A stretch of 49,834 bases of DNA from Chromera velia. Lineage: Eukaryota. How positions within the stretch are numbered: the stretch's first letter is position 1; each line of letters begins with the position of its first letter. The notes beneath the pieces are model-generated. The model saw nothing but the letters and a program-made list of their open reading frames with translations, did no database searches and was not told where the DNA came from. The stretch covers positions 1 to 49,834 of the forward strand of contig JAHBMJ010000354.1 in NCBI GenBank assembly GCA_018398765.1, given 5' to 3'. Made by a program: the position numbers and the translations under genes. Below, piece after piece: positions 39,201-49,834 of this stretch.

Positions 39201-42007
39201 GAAGGGCTGATGGCTGCATGGGAGAAACGGGGCCTGTCGCTATCATGCAGTCCTCCTCCTCGTGTCTACCTGCTCCTCCTTCCCCTTCCTCGGGGGTCTC
39301 TCCTCCTCCTCCTCCTCCTCCCAACAAAAACGTGGGACACCGCCATCGAAGTGCGGCTCTATCCCCCAAGGTAAGTCGGTCCTATTCAAATTTGAGCGTG
39401 TTCTGTCTCTCTCTCTCTGCTTCTTTCTTTCTCTCTCCCCCCTTCTTTCCTTCTCTTTCTTTGTCTGGTGTTGGGTCTCTTCCACTGGTGACTGTTGACG
39501 ATGGATGCAAGTGTGTGTACGTCATTAATGTCCTGCTTTCTCACTTCCTTCCTTCCCTCCCTCTCATACCTCAAAGGAAACTCTCTCTCTCTCTCTCTCT
39601 CTTCGTTGCGACCTCTCTCTCCTTGCGTCTCCTCCCCGTCCCTGTCGTCGTCAGGGGTTGCGAGGACATCCATCCATCAGTGCGCAGGTGTACGATCGAG
39701 CTTCTTTCTTTGAGTTCATGCATGCCCTCAGTCTCCTTTGTCGTTCTAGAGAGAGAAAGAGACTCTCTCCCAAGTGATTGGTGCATGGTAGCGTGTGTGG
39801 AAGTGTTTTCGTTTGTTCGTTCGTTATTTCTTTCTTTCTTTTATTATTCTTTTTTTTGGTATCTGTCTTCTTCTTCTCTTCGCACAAGCGGGAGGCACCG
39901 CGTGTGACTGACTAACTGCATTGATGGATGAATGGCTGAACAAAGGGCGATCAGTATCTGAGTGGGTGTTGGCATGAATGAATGAATGAATGAATAAATG
40001 AATGAATGAATGAACGCAGGCCCTGGAGAGCCGTCCATTCTCCCTGACAGACCTCTGGTGTGCTTTCCGTGTGCCCTCGGTTTTTGGTGTACCCTTTGAG
40101 TTTGTCGATTCGTTGGGCACCCGACAGGAGATCACGCTGGTGCCTTTTCTCTCAGCTATGCGATTGATCGATAGACGGTCGCAGAAAGTAGTGTTCGAAT
40201 TTGTGGACTCCGTCGCTCCTCATATGAGGCGTCCACTGTTCATGCAGGTAGGTCTGTCCATACATGGGTTTGTGGGTTGGTCGGCCGGCTTGCGTAGGCT
40301 TTGCTTGGATAGTTGCTCGCTTATGTTTGAGCGAATTAACCCGTGAAAATAAATGAAAGTTCGAATGGTCTTCGTACTGTGTTCGAATGGTCTTCGTGTA
40401 GCGAGTCTCGATAGATAGCGAGTGCATTTAAGGGCGTTTCTTTCAATCGCCACGTAAGGCCGCTACGTTGGTGTGGTTGTGTATCGTCCCTTGCCAGTGC
40501 CTCTCTATCGTAATGTGCGTTTGGTATGAGATGGTGTGCGTGGGTTGGGTTGCCAGCTTTCTCTCTCTCTCTCACACACACACACCCTTATAGACAGAAA
40601 GAGACAGAACCCCGGATAGTGTCTCTCTTCTCGGTGGTGTGACTCTTTGTTGGCTGATTCCTTCCCCGAACTTGCTTGCTGACCTCACTGTAACGTGCTG
40701 CTCTCTCTGATCGAAATCTACATCGTTTCTCTCTCGCGGTTTTGATTGTGCGGTTTTCTCGGGAGACGGAAAGCGTATGCATGTATGTCTCTGGTTGTTT
40801 TCTTGCAGAGAGAGTCACTGAATAGGTTCAAGCAAGTATAAATGCCGCCAATACCGTAGACCATCAGAACGGGCTTTGCTTGGCTTGGCTGTTGGTTGGT
40901 TTCTCGTTTCTCGAATATCTTTTCCTCTGTTTGTTTGTTTGTTTGCAGATTTGCTCGATGGCTTCCGAGTTGTCGCAGCTCTGTCGGCAGAGAAAGTTCG
41001 GGACCTACGAAGACGACAAGGAAACAAAAGTCAGCAGAAACGGAACAGAGGTGCAAAAGAGTCAGAGGCAGACGGAGGCGAAGGGAATGAGTCCAGAAGA
41101 AGAGAAGGAGGGAGCGGTCAACGGGCAGGTGGATGAGGAGAGGAAGAAAACGGGTGAGGAGAAGGGCAAGGAGATGGGGGGCTGTGAGGCAGCAGATAAA
41201 GAAGTAACTCTGACGCTGCCGCCTGGTGGTGGAGTGGCCAAGACTAAAGGGAAAAAGGCAGCCGAATTTGAAGAACAGCCTGAGGTAAAGAAAAAAGAGG
41301 ATGAGGCAGCCAAGACGGTTCACAAGAATGGGGGCACTCTCTTGACGGAGGATTCTCCTTCCGAGAAGGGGCCTAAGGGAAAGAACCTAACGAACCATCC
41401 TCCTTCTGCTCCTCCGGCCGCTGTGACTGTTTCAACGGTGAACCCGAGGGGGGAAAAGACTGCCGACATCCCCACCGGAGGATCCCCACAGGCGCAAACT
41501 GAGGCAGTCTCTCTGACGCGACCTCAACGGAAGGATGACGAAGCCGGGGGGGGCGAGGGCGAGGAAGAGTCGGGGGGATACGCGCGCAACGGGGGACACT
41601 CTGAATGTTCTCCTTCGTCGATTCCCCCCAACTCGCCTCTTTGCATGTGGTCACAGGATCTCGCACCATCGTCTTGGTCAGCGACTGCATGTCTGGCCCC
41701 ATGGTACTTTTTTTTCCTTCGTCTGCATGGTCTTTTTGTCAGTCAGTGCCTCCCTCTCACCTGCATTAGTCATCGCCCTGGATTTCTCCCTCCCACTCTT
41801 TTTCTTTCTTTCTTTCTTTTTTGCTTGGAAGTGCTCGCCATGCGAAAAACCTACCTGCACGCCCACTGTGCCCATGCATTCCCCACTGAGTCCCTCCCTC
41901 TTTCCATCCATGGACCGACCTGCGTCTATCTTCGTTCTTTGGCGCCCAGCCTCGCTTCAACGAAATGTGACTCTTCACTCTCTGTCCATCTATCTACTGA
42001 AAATTAA

Positions 42008-42038
<31 letters not shown>

Positions 42039-43535
42039 GATACAGGTTGTCTGTGCTGTGGGCGCCGGTTCAGCGGGAGTTCCCCCCCTGTGGTACGGGG
42101 AAACCTCTCTCGTTCGGCGGCCTTTCTGTGGAGGCAGCAGCCCGACGTCTCGTCTCTTCCTCTGCTTCTTCCTCTTCCTCTGCGTCGCCCTCTCTCTCCC
42201 TTGCCCCTTCCTTCGCAGCAGCAGCAGCAGCAGCTGTGAAGAGAGAAGAGGGAGCAAAATCGATGGCAGTCCTCGCAGAGGAAGAAGGGAAGAAAAGAGA
42301 ACCCGTCGAGACTGTTACGGGGGGAGGTGAGCGACAGGAAAAGAGAGGGACAGAGGGAAATCAAAAAGGGGACGGGGACAAACTTTCAGCAACAGCAGAA
42401 GCTGGAGAAGAAGCGAAAGTGTTACCGTCTGCTCAGCAGCCTGCAGGGGGAGGACTGGTTGAGCAGGAGAAGGATAAGCCTCTTTGTCTCCGTCCGCCTG
42501 GGTCAGACAGAGAAGGCAAAGCAAAAGAAGAGGGGGGAAGCCGCACATCAGCAGATCATCACGCTCCTGCAGGCTCACCTCTGAAGGCGGGGCATGTAAA
42601 TAACAAACATAGAAGGTCGGTTTCTCCATTCAGCAGGAAAGGAAAGCTCGAAAGGGTGAAGGAAAAGGAAAGGCAGTTGGCATGGGTGACAGCCAAGGAG
42701 GTCAGCCAACGCGTTGCGGCTGGAGAAACAGATCCCTTTCCTGATAGAGGAGGAGGCTCATCCAGCTCTGCCTCTGCACGGGGGGGAGGATGGAGAGGAG
42801 ACGGCGGCCGAGAGCGTCAAGATAGGGGGGCAGTGGACATGCATGGGGTCATGCGGGGGGGGCATCTCCCCGTCCCCTCCCACCCTGGAAGCGCGGGCGT
42901 CCCCTTCCGTCCTCGTCCCGCTGCCTCGTTCCTCGTACACTACTCTTTCGAAGCCGTTGTGCCTGCCGACGGGTGCGCTCCTGAACTGGCCAGACTCGGG
43001 GTGGTCCCCTACAAGGCGGATGCTGACGTTTTCTCCTTCGGTCAGTCAGTCAGGCAGGCATGATGCAGTTGGTGACTCCCCTTTCTTTTTTGTAGTTGAG
43101 TCGTGTGGTAAGTCAATGAGGATGGGAGGGAGGTGCTTTCTTTCCGTTGGCTTGGCGTCTCTCTAGCTCCCTCCCTCCGCGCGTCTTGTCTGTTCGTCCA
43201 TCTCTGTCTGTCTGAAGAGTGTCGTTGTGTATGTGACAAGAAGGAAAGAGCGAAAAGGGAAGCAAGATCTGGTCTGTCTGTCTGAAGAAAAACGGACAGC
43301 GGGCCTCTCACGTCCGCATTCTTTCACATGCAAAGAGCGAGAAAGGAAGGAAGGAACGAAGTGGTCTGTCTGTCTGGAAGGGAAGAAAAAAGAAGATGAG
43401 GAAGATACACACTCTCTCTCTCTGTCTGTCTCTCTTTGTCTCTCTCTCTCTTTCTCTGTCTCTCTGTTTCTCTCTCTCTCTCTTTCTCTGTCTCTCTATT
43501 TCTCTCTCTCTCGCTCTCTCTCTCTCTTTCTCTGC

Positions 43536-43593
<58 letters not shown>

Positions 43594-44105
43594 CTCTGTT
43601 TCTCTCTCTCTCTCTCTTTCTCTGTCTCTGTTTCTCTCTCTTTCTCTCTCTCTCTGTCTCTCTCTCTCTCTCTCTGCGTGCGTGTGTGTGTGTGTGCGTG
43701 CGTGCATGGGTGCGTGCAGATGGGAAAGGCGATCCGCACAGATCATCTCTAGTGACCGCAGAGCTAGCGGTGAGTCGCTGCAGGGCCGGAATCTGAAATT
43801 CTTGTTTTCTTTCTTGCTTTTGTTTTGTATTGATGGATTACTCGATTCTCTTCTCTCTTTTTTTCCTTGTGTTCTTTGTTCGTTTTTTCTTTCCTCCATA
43901 CACCTCTTTAAATTCCCCCCCCCCTGCCTCTCTTTGTTAATCATCATTTCCCTCTCTCCCTCTCTCTCTCTCCCCCATGCCTCCATCTCTGGTTTTCTTA
44001 TACCTTCCCTGTCCGTGCATCCGTGTGCTTCTACGTGACTGACTTAGCTTCTTGCTTTCTTTCTTTCTTCCTTTCTTTCTTCCTTCCTTTCTTTCTTTCT
44101 TTCTC

Positions 44106-44136
<31 letters not shown>

Positions 44137-44145
44137 CTCTTTCTC

Positions 44146-44176
<31 letters not shown>

Positions 44177-44177
44177 C

Positions 44178-44209
<32 letters not shown>

Positions 44210-44331
44210 TTTGTGTGCCTGGACTTATTGACTGGACTTATTTCTGTGTGCAGAGACGGTTGTCGGACTGGATGGAGATGCAAAACTTCCACCACCACGA
44301 CTTTGAGTTCTTCAGGTGCCGTCTGCCCTGA
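16426..44331 (+). CDS. Giant (~7,090 aa) low-complexity protein with a C-terminal DUF789-like domain; 15 exons: 16426-16809, 17459-17841, 17994-18459, 18916-22183, 22434-22862, 23343-25483, 26063-28136, 28543-29169, 29575-36206, 36572-39370, 40020-40247, 40949-41676, 42046-43040, 43720-43769, 44254-44331
   Basis: Each long + strand ORF is bounded by an AG acceptor and a GT donor. All 14 intron phases are compatible and the total is 21,282 nt, divisible by 3 and ending in TGA; this includes a 21-N gap. The protein is rich in S/G/E/Q/P homopolymers. The C-terminal exons spell DUF789-like motifs. A split into two genes cannot be excluded without transcript data. Confidence 0.78.
17003..17239 (+). 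repeat. Tandem array, 52-bp unit, 4 full copies plus a 29-bp partial, in intron 1 of the giant gene
   Basis: CGTGACACTACAAAGGAATATTGATGAATGCTTCTCTGTATGAAAGTAAATG starts at 17003, 17055, 17107 and 17159, with a partial at 17211. Copy 1 has one variant base. Confidence 0.97.
36651..36671. other. Assembly gap (21 N) inside a coding exon, flanked by poly-C
   Basis: Run of n characters in the sequence. Confidence 0.99.
43412..43706. repeat. Long degenerate (CT)n/(CTGT)n tract followed by (GT)n
   Basis: Seen directly in intron 13 of the giant gene. Confidence 0.93.
44056..44211. repeat. (CTTT)n microsatellite
   Basis: Seen directly in the last intron of the giant gene. Confidence 0.93.
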
Positions 44332-45159
44332 TCGATTGATTGATCGGTCGTTGCCCTACCCGTCATGCATCCGCACATGGACGAGAGTTCATTGCTCTCT
44401 AACCGAAAGAGAGAGAGATGAGAGAGAGCGAGGAGGGCACAAGCATAGGTCATTCCAAGAGGTCATTCGCCGTCGCACCCTGCTCATCGCCCTCATATGC
44501 CGTGATGCCAATCGTAAAGGCCTGACTAGATATAAATAACGCAATTCTAGTAACCAAGATGGTTGAAATTCAATTTTAGAAGTATATATTGACTGTTGTT
44601 CACGCAACAAGTGATTTAGCAAGTCAAATGCCTGATATTTCAGAAATTCAGATACTTTGTCATATGTGTATAAAACAGTTATTAAAACTGGTCTCGATGT
44701 GATATGTAAAGTTTTGAATTTAATGAGATAGACTCCTCTAATAGAGTTTACAATCTAATTTTTTAGTACTTCCACAAGCAAAAACGTGAAACGGTGAAAC
44801 CACTGAAACGTGCCACTGGCAGTGACTTTAAAGTTTTTGTCAATCGATTCTAACGTTTTTTTTTTACTCATTTTAAATAAAGAATCTCCTTAATAGCCAG
44901 AAATTAAATCAACACAAATATAAAAAAAAAATAAAAAAATTATGATATAGTATGATCTACAAAATGTTTTTACCAAAAAAATACTTTGATAATAGTAAGT
45001 CCCTAAATCTAGGATTTAACCCTCAATCATCATCATCAACTTGCTAGGGTAACTTGATAGTTTTACTAATAATCTAGCTATTAATTCTATTGTTTTAATG
45101 TTTGCTGAAGATGTTAAATCAGTATAAATCACAGACTCTATAACAGACTTTGGATAAAA

Positions 45160-46614
45160 TTAAGAAGTCAAAAGTCTTAATACTCTATCAGATTTCGACA
45201 ACTTTACTGCAAAGGCATGGGGAGTGTCGCCGTTGTCGTTCTGCGTCTGGAGATTAGCACTTTTATCGACCAGAAATTTCACAACTTCAGGGAGACCCGT
45301 TTTGACCACCCAATGGAGCGGCGTGTTCCCTTGAAAAGTCCGAACATTCAAATCAGCCCCATGGTCGAGAAGGATCTCTACGACCCTAATTATGGTCTCT
45401 TCGGTACCTGGCTGTTCAAAAAAGCGCTCGTCGGCAAGGTGAGGAATGCGACAAAGTGAGAGGGTCAGCGCAGTATGGCTATATGGGGCAGCGGTGCGTT
45501 TGTCGACCTCCGCACCGTTCTCAATCAAACACTTCACGAAATCAGGTTTCGCTCTTCTTGCACATTCGTGCAGAGGTGCGAATCCCGGTGACTCTTCAAC
45601 GACCGTGTCGATATCTACCCCCTGCAAGACAGCCAGAGACACCAACTCTGCCAACCCGTACCAGGCAAAAAAGTGGATGAGGGATCGCGGATTTTGGAGA
45701 GCTCGGTATCTGTTCCGAGCTCTGATTCTCAGTTCAGATGCAGCAGACGTTTTCTGCATGAGGTCCTTCAACGCCTCACTCACTGCAGAACGAACCTCTG
45801 CATCGCCATTCTGTGGATCATAAAACAGTCTGTTGTCCTCATCTTGCAGGCGGTGTAACCTTTCTTCCTCATCATTGCTATCAATGGGGGGATCTAACTG
45901 GCTCTCTGCGGCCTCACAAGCGACCTGAAGGGCCTTTCGACCTTTCGTGTCTACTGCATTAACATCTGCCCCCTCTGCCACCAAATACCTCACAATCTTC
46001 CACCGATGCTGACGACAGGCGGTGATCACCACAGTGTCACCAGGGAGACAACCCTGAGATTCACTATCGGCCCTCACTTCCAAGTCAGCCCCACTCTCCC
46101 TGATCATCTGAGCTGCATCTTCGTTATCTACAGCCACAGCTCTCATGAGTGCCGTCTGCCCATCAACGAGCCCGTCAACGTCTGCCCCCACCTTCAAGCA
46201 GAGACAGAGGTCGTCTCTCTTGCTTTCGCTGGGCTCAGCTACAAAATCAGACAGGCACTTTTGAAGTGTCTCAGCAGATACAGAACGAAGGAAACTGATC
46301 ACTTCGCCCACTCCAATTGCAAACAGGTGACCCACATCAATGCAGAAGTGTCCACTCACCACTGCATCTAGATTCTTTTTCGCTTTCTCTAAAAGTTCTT
46401 TTCCTTCCTCGTCCAAACAATCCAAAAGAAGCACATCCTCTGGGCGCACGCGAGAAAGGCCCGCAGGAGCTGCCTGACTCGCTTGCTTGGATTCTAAAAT
46501 ATTTTTCACGAGGGCCACTCGCGCGTGAAGGGAAGAGACCAGGGAAGCCTCCCACTCGTCGAGCCGGTGCAGGAACTCTGTGATGGGTGGGGGAGAGGCA
46601 GCCGTCTCCTCCAT
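45160..46614 (-). CDS. Intronless ankyrin-repeat protein (~484 aa from MEETAAS; the ORF is open up to an ATG at 46734)
   Basis: Multiple ankyrin repeats: GADVDGLVDGQTALMRAV, GDTVVITACRQHRWKIVRYLVAEGADVNAVDTKGRKALQVAC, GFAPLHECARRAKPDFVKCLIENGAEVD, GADLNVRTFQGNTPLHWVVKTGLPEVVKFLVDKSANLQTQNDNGDTPHAFA. The ATG at 46614 has a ccacaATGg context. Confidence 0.9.
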   Translation of the reverse strand: MEETAASPPPITEFLHRLDEWEASLVSSLHARVALVKNILESKQASQAAPAGLSRVRPEDVLLLDCLDEEGKELLEKAKKNLDAVVSGHFCIDVGHLFAIGVGEVISFLRSVSAETLQKCLSDFVAEPSESKRDDLCLCLKVGADVDGLVDGQTALMRAVAVDNEDAAQMIRESGADLEVRADSESQGCLPGDTVVITACRQHRWKIVRYLVAEGADVNAVDTKGRKALQVACEAAESQLDPPIDSNDEEERLHRLQDEDNRLFYDPQNGDAEVRSAVSEALKDLMQKTSAASELRIRARNRYRALQNPRSLIHFFAWYGLAELVSLAVLQGVDIDTVVEESPGFAPLHECARRAKPDFVKCLIENGAEVDKRTAAPYSHTALTLSLCRIPHLADERFFEQPGTEETIIRVVEILLDHGADLNVRTFQGNTPLHWVVKTGLPEVVKFLVDKSANLQTQNDNGDTPHAFAVKLSKSDRVLRLLTS

Positions 46615-46739
46615 TGTGGAAGGCTTCTTCAACTCAGCAGCAGGAAGAGACGCAAACTCACCTGTTTGCGCCTGTTTGCATAAAAGGAAATGATGCACAA
46701 CCTCCTTCTCATAATACAGACCTCCAGAGAGCATAAGTC

Positions 46740-46960
46740 ATAGTCTGGCAAGTAGATGCAAGTAGAGACGTCCGAGCATGCATGTCGGAGGCTCTGCGAG
46801 CATGCCATGCATGCATCCGCGCGCGGGGCATATCCATGCATGGCATATCCGGCCGGGGCACATGCATGTGTGGGGGGCACAATGGGGCATATGCATGCCA
46901 CATGGGGGCACTTAAGACTTTTCCAGATTAATTTTTCAACCCGCCTCTGACAGATTCTTG
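46740..46960. promoter_or_regulatory. Putative bidirectional promoter between the ankyrin gene (-) and the F-box-like gene (+)
   Basis: Dense cluster of GCATGC/ATGCAT palindromes and five GGGGCA(C/T) motifs, including GGGGGCACTTAA (46904-46915), between divergent ORFs. Confidence 0.5.
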
Positions 46961-47152
46961 TAGATTGAAAACTGAGTGTCGCCCGGCTATAGCATTTCTT
47001 CCCATGCACTTCCATTCAGTGTCCACTGTGGTGAGAAGAAGGAAGGCAGACTGCAGAGCTCTTCAGGCATTAGTAGTTCCCCGAACTTCGCTTTTCCTCC
47101 TTCTCTGTGTTTTTATCAAAGACCTCCGCAATTTTCTCTGAAACGCTCTGAA

Positions 47153-49610
47153 ATGGATACAGAAACTCATTTGAGCATCGACTTTGCGTGGCTGGCTGAC
47201 CGGCTGGTTCCTTTCCTCGAGAGCAAAAACTTCCTCTTCTTTGCTCGCATCTCGAGGGACTTTCGGAGAGCCTACGCCGAGCACCACGGAGACACGACCA
47301 CCAGTCTCCTGGCTGTCGTAGAGGAGACGGCATCGTTCGTACCGTCTCGGAGGCTGCACGATGTCATCGTCTGTCTCAAGAGCCTGCCCCGCAGGGGAGG
47401 AAAGCCCTCACTTCAGTCTCTACGCCAGAAAGCAAAGGAGGCGTCCGTCCTGATCCCTCCAGCCGCTCTTCTTGTCCTGATCCTCGGCAAGGCTGTCAAG
47501 ACATGCAACGCCGTCTCTTTCACGAAGACTCTTGCCGAGTTTTTAAGCTCCCCAGGCAGCGTCCTCCCCCCCGCCTGCCTGTTCCTTGCACACCTTGATG
47601 GCCCCTATAACTCCATCCTAGAGGTCGTGGAGATCTGTGCACAGCACGGAATGATGGAGGAGGTGAAGCAGATGTTCACCTCCATCGGCCTCTCCCTAGA
47701 CTTCCTCCTCCCACCGGGGGTGCCTGTCTTACTGCAGCTCTGCGGCTTTGTGTGGGACGGTAACGTGGATGCTTTCCATGCACGCCTGAAGGCCCACATA
47801 AAGCACCTCGTCAGAGGAGGTCTGACACTGCTCCACGACCTCGTTTATCGTCGACGACCATTGATGAAAAAGACGAGGGGAGAGCGGGAGGTAAACAGGG
47901 CTTTGGAATACGCGCTGCTGTTGGCCTGTATGGAGACCGACCGACTGATTTTCAGTAGTTCGTACCAGATTGAGAATGAGATTTGGAGTTGGTTTGTCCT
48001 CCACTGGCCGAGGGCAGAAGTTGCGAGATAAATGCTGCCGGCATATATCTCGGAGCTGTCTAAGCGTGTCACTGAGATTCGGACAAGCACAGATCCGATT
48101 CCATATTCTGATGGCCATGTTACAAAGTCCTGTGCGGGGTTTTTATCGGAATTGGGGACGATTTTCCCCCATATTGCTAACGTGTGGGGGCAGAATTCTT
48201 TCCCTGGGACAGGTGATCATGCAAACGCAGACTCCCTTCATGAGGCCGTGAAGGGTCTTCTCCATGAGACTATTCTTCTGTTTCGGATATTTCGTGAGGG
48301 GAAAAGTCCTAAAAGCCTTGACTACGTTATAGAAAAGGTATTGAGGCGTTTGCTACAAACACAGTCTGTTGCCTTGTGGCGTGATTTCGTTGCGGCTCTT
48401 GGGGAGGACGCGATTTTTTATTTTGTCGAGATGAAGACAGATGTCAGGATCTGCAATGGGCCTTGGGATTTAGAGATATACTTCAAAATAGGGGTATACA
48501 GGTGCGGGTGCCAACTGGGCGGGTTTCGATTTCTCCGTTCGCTGCATTCCGATTGGCGACCTGAGGTGGAAAGCCGTCTCTTTACTGAGAACGGAATCTT
48601 CGACGACGACGACGAGAAGGCCATGGTGATTTTGAAAGAGTGGAAGGAGGTGGAGTTTCTCATTTTTGAATGCGGCTACTCATGGGAAGAAATCCTTCGA
48701 AGGGTCTGCCTTGAGCCTTCCCTTCATGAGCGGGCAGCAGCCGCAGGAGCGCCTCCGGGGCTCCTTCGCGATGGGTCTGCTGTGGGGACAGAGGATGGTT
48801 GCATCCTCACCCCCATCAAGCCAATCAAGTGTGAGTTCTGTCCCCACACCCCTGATTCAGACAGACCGAGACGGCATTGTCTGTGGGCCGCCTTAGGTGA
48901 GATGATTCACGGTCAAATGTATGAGCACGATATCGTCTCTTTTCATGTGCAGAAGGTCAGGTCTTTATTTGGCTCCCAGACCGGCCTGGTCCGGCCAGTC
49001 GGTGAATGATTCCCTGTCTCAGAGTGGTGTATTCGATTTTGCGCCTCCGATGATCAAGAATGACATTGTGTGGGGAAACAGCCGTTACCGCTGCTCTTTG
49101 TATGAATACCCCACCGATAAGTCAGGGGGGAATTTTCGATCTGGTGTATATTTCTTCCACCCCTATCCGTCTGGGGGGTTCCAACAGCCCCCTCTGGTCA
49201 AAATCCATATACGCACTGCCAGTTGGACCCGGGAATTGACGAATCAGACCCCCAAACTGATTGCCTTCACTCTCGCAAACCCGCTCGCTGTTCATCGGCA
49301 GCTTGGTTTCCTCATTTCTGTGGGGCTCTTGCATCGATGTTCCTGTTTGACCATTGGGAGGGGGCAGGTAGAAAGTTTAAAAAAAGTGATCTCGATTTCA
49401 TTTTTGGATATGGTCAAATGCATCCACCGTAGCTCCAGCAATTACGGGAGAGAGCAACTCTCCAAGCACCTTGGTGAGGAGGGCTGGAAGTATGACACGC
49501 CTCCCACAGAAATTTCAAAGAAGAATGAAAAAAGAGTGAAAGAAAACGTGTTACTAACGATTCTTGAGAGAGGTGTTGTTCGCATTCTTTTGGATGCAAA
49601 CCAACTTTGA
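47153..49610 (+). pseudogene. Probable single ~796-codon gene (exons 47153-48955, 49023-49610) with an F-box-like N-terminus, interrupted by an in-frame TAA at 48029-48031
   Basis: ORFs 46976-48031 and 48032-49009 are in the same frame, separated only by TAA (...AEVAR*MLPAY...). A 67-nt intron (AAG/gtcagg...gtctcag/AGT, 48956-49022) joins ORF 48921-49610 in phase. The N-terminal LADRLVPFLESKNFLFFARISRDFRRAY is F-box-like (inference). Confidence 0.6.
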
Positions 49611-49723
49611 GACTAACCTCATTCACTTTACAGCTCATTATTCCAAGATCTGTGTTCTTCACTCTACATCGTGCATTATACAGTCACAATGCGGTCTCAT
49701 GCCATGTGTGTATACTGTGATAT

Positions 49724-49765
49724 TGTGTGTGTGTGTGTATGTGTGTGTGTGTGTGTGTGTGTGCA

Positions 49766-49834
<69 letters not shown>
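49724..49834. repeat. (GT)n microsatellite running to the window end
   Basis: Seen directly. Confidence 0.95.

Larger units (their letters stand above)
38500..44331 (+). other. DUF789 (PF05623)-like domain motifs distributed over the last six exons
   Basis: The motifs appear in family order: FNAASLLVSTTPQL; PFSLTDLWCAFRVPSVFGVP..LVPFLSAMRL..VVFEFVDSVAPHMRRPLFMQ/ICSMA; DLAPSSW/LSVLWAPVQR; AASFLVHYSF; LGVVPYK; WMEMQNFHHHDFEFF. Recalled consensus: NLxxFLxxxTP; FxLxDLWxxFxEWSAYGxGVP; YVPYLSAIQL; FEYFExxxPxxRxPLxxKI; DLxPxSWxSVAWYPIYR; ACFLTYH; GLxxYK; WLxxxxVxHxDFxFF. Matched from memory, not by HMM search. Confidence 0.8.

Noticed and set aside
39655..39687. Possible extra 33-nt exon in the giant gene
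   Set aside because: Not needed: 39370 joins 40020 in phase and restores the DUF789-like FSLTDLW motif. The donor is weak.
18825..43000. Many overlapping antisense and alternate-frame ORFs (e.g. 27242-28135, 32953-33876, 35350-36249)
   Set aside because: Shadow ORFs of GC-rich, low-complexity exons of the giant + strand gene.
43227..44298. ORFs of 100-220 aa rich in ER/SL/FL repeats
   Set aside because: Translations of intronic (CT)n and (CTTT)n microsatellites.

Overview
Intron-rich eukaryotic genomic DNA with GT-AG introns, mostly TGCAG acceptors, dense microsatellites and abundant TGCATGCA. The style suggests an alveolate, possibly the chromerid Chromera velia; that assignment is inference. 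Splice phases were joined by hand to give five gene models. (1) A 7-exon, 295-aa coiled-coil protein (+, 2004-6463). (2) A 4-exon, 261-aa protein with a DGTGRDTY motif (-, 12838-15251). (3) A giant 15-exon, ~7,090-aa low-complexity protein whose C-terminus carries a fragmented DUF789-like domain (+, 16426-44331). (4) An intronless ankyrin-repeat gene (-, 45160-46614). (5) A divergently transcribed F-box-like gene broken by one in-frame TAA (+, 47153-49610). A decayed RTE-like LINE 3' fragment lies at ~8499-9350 (-). The most unusual signals are two unrelated tandem arrays 13 kb apart that share the same 19-nt junction motif (TCTGTATGAAAGTAAATGC, one arm of a 72-bp hairpin in the first array), and an apparent CpA/TpG->TpA (RIP-like) mutation signature in the LINE and the AT-rich islands.
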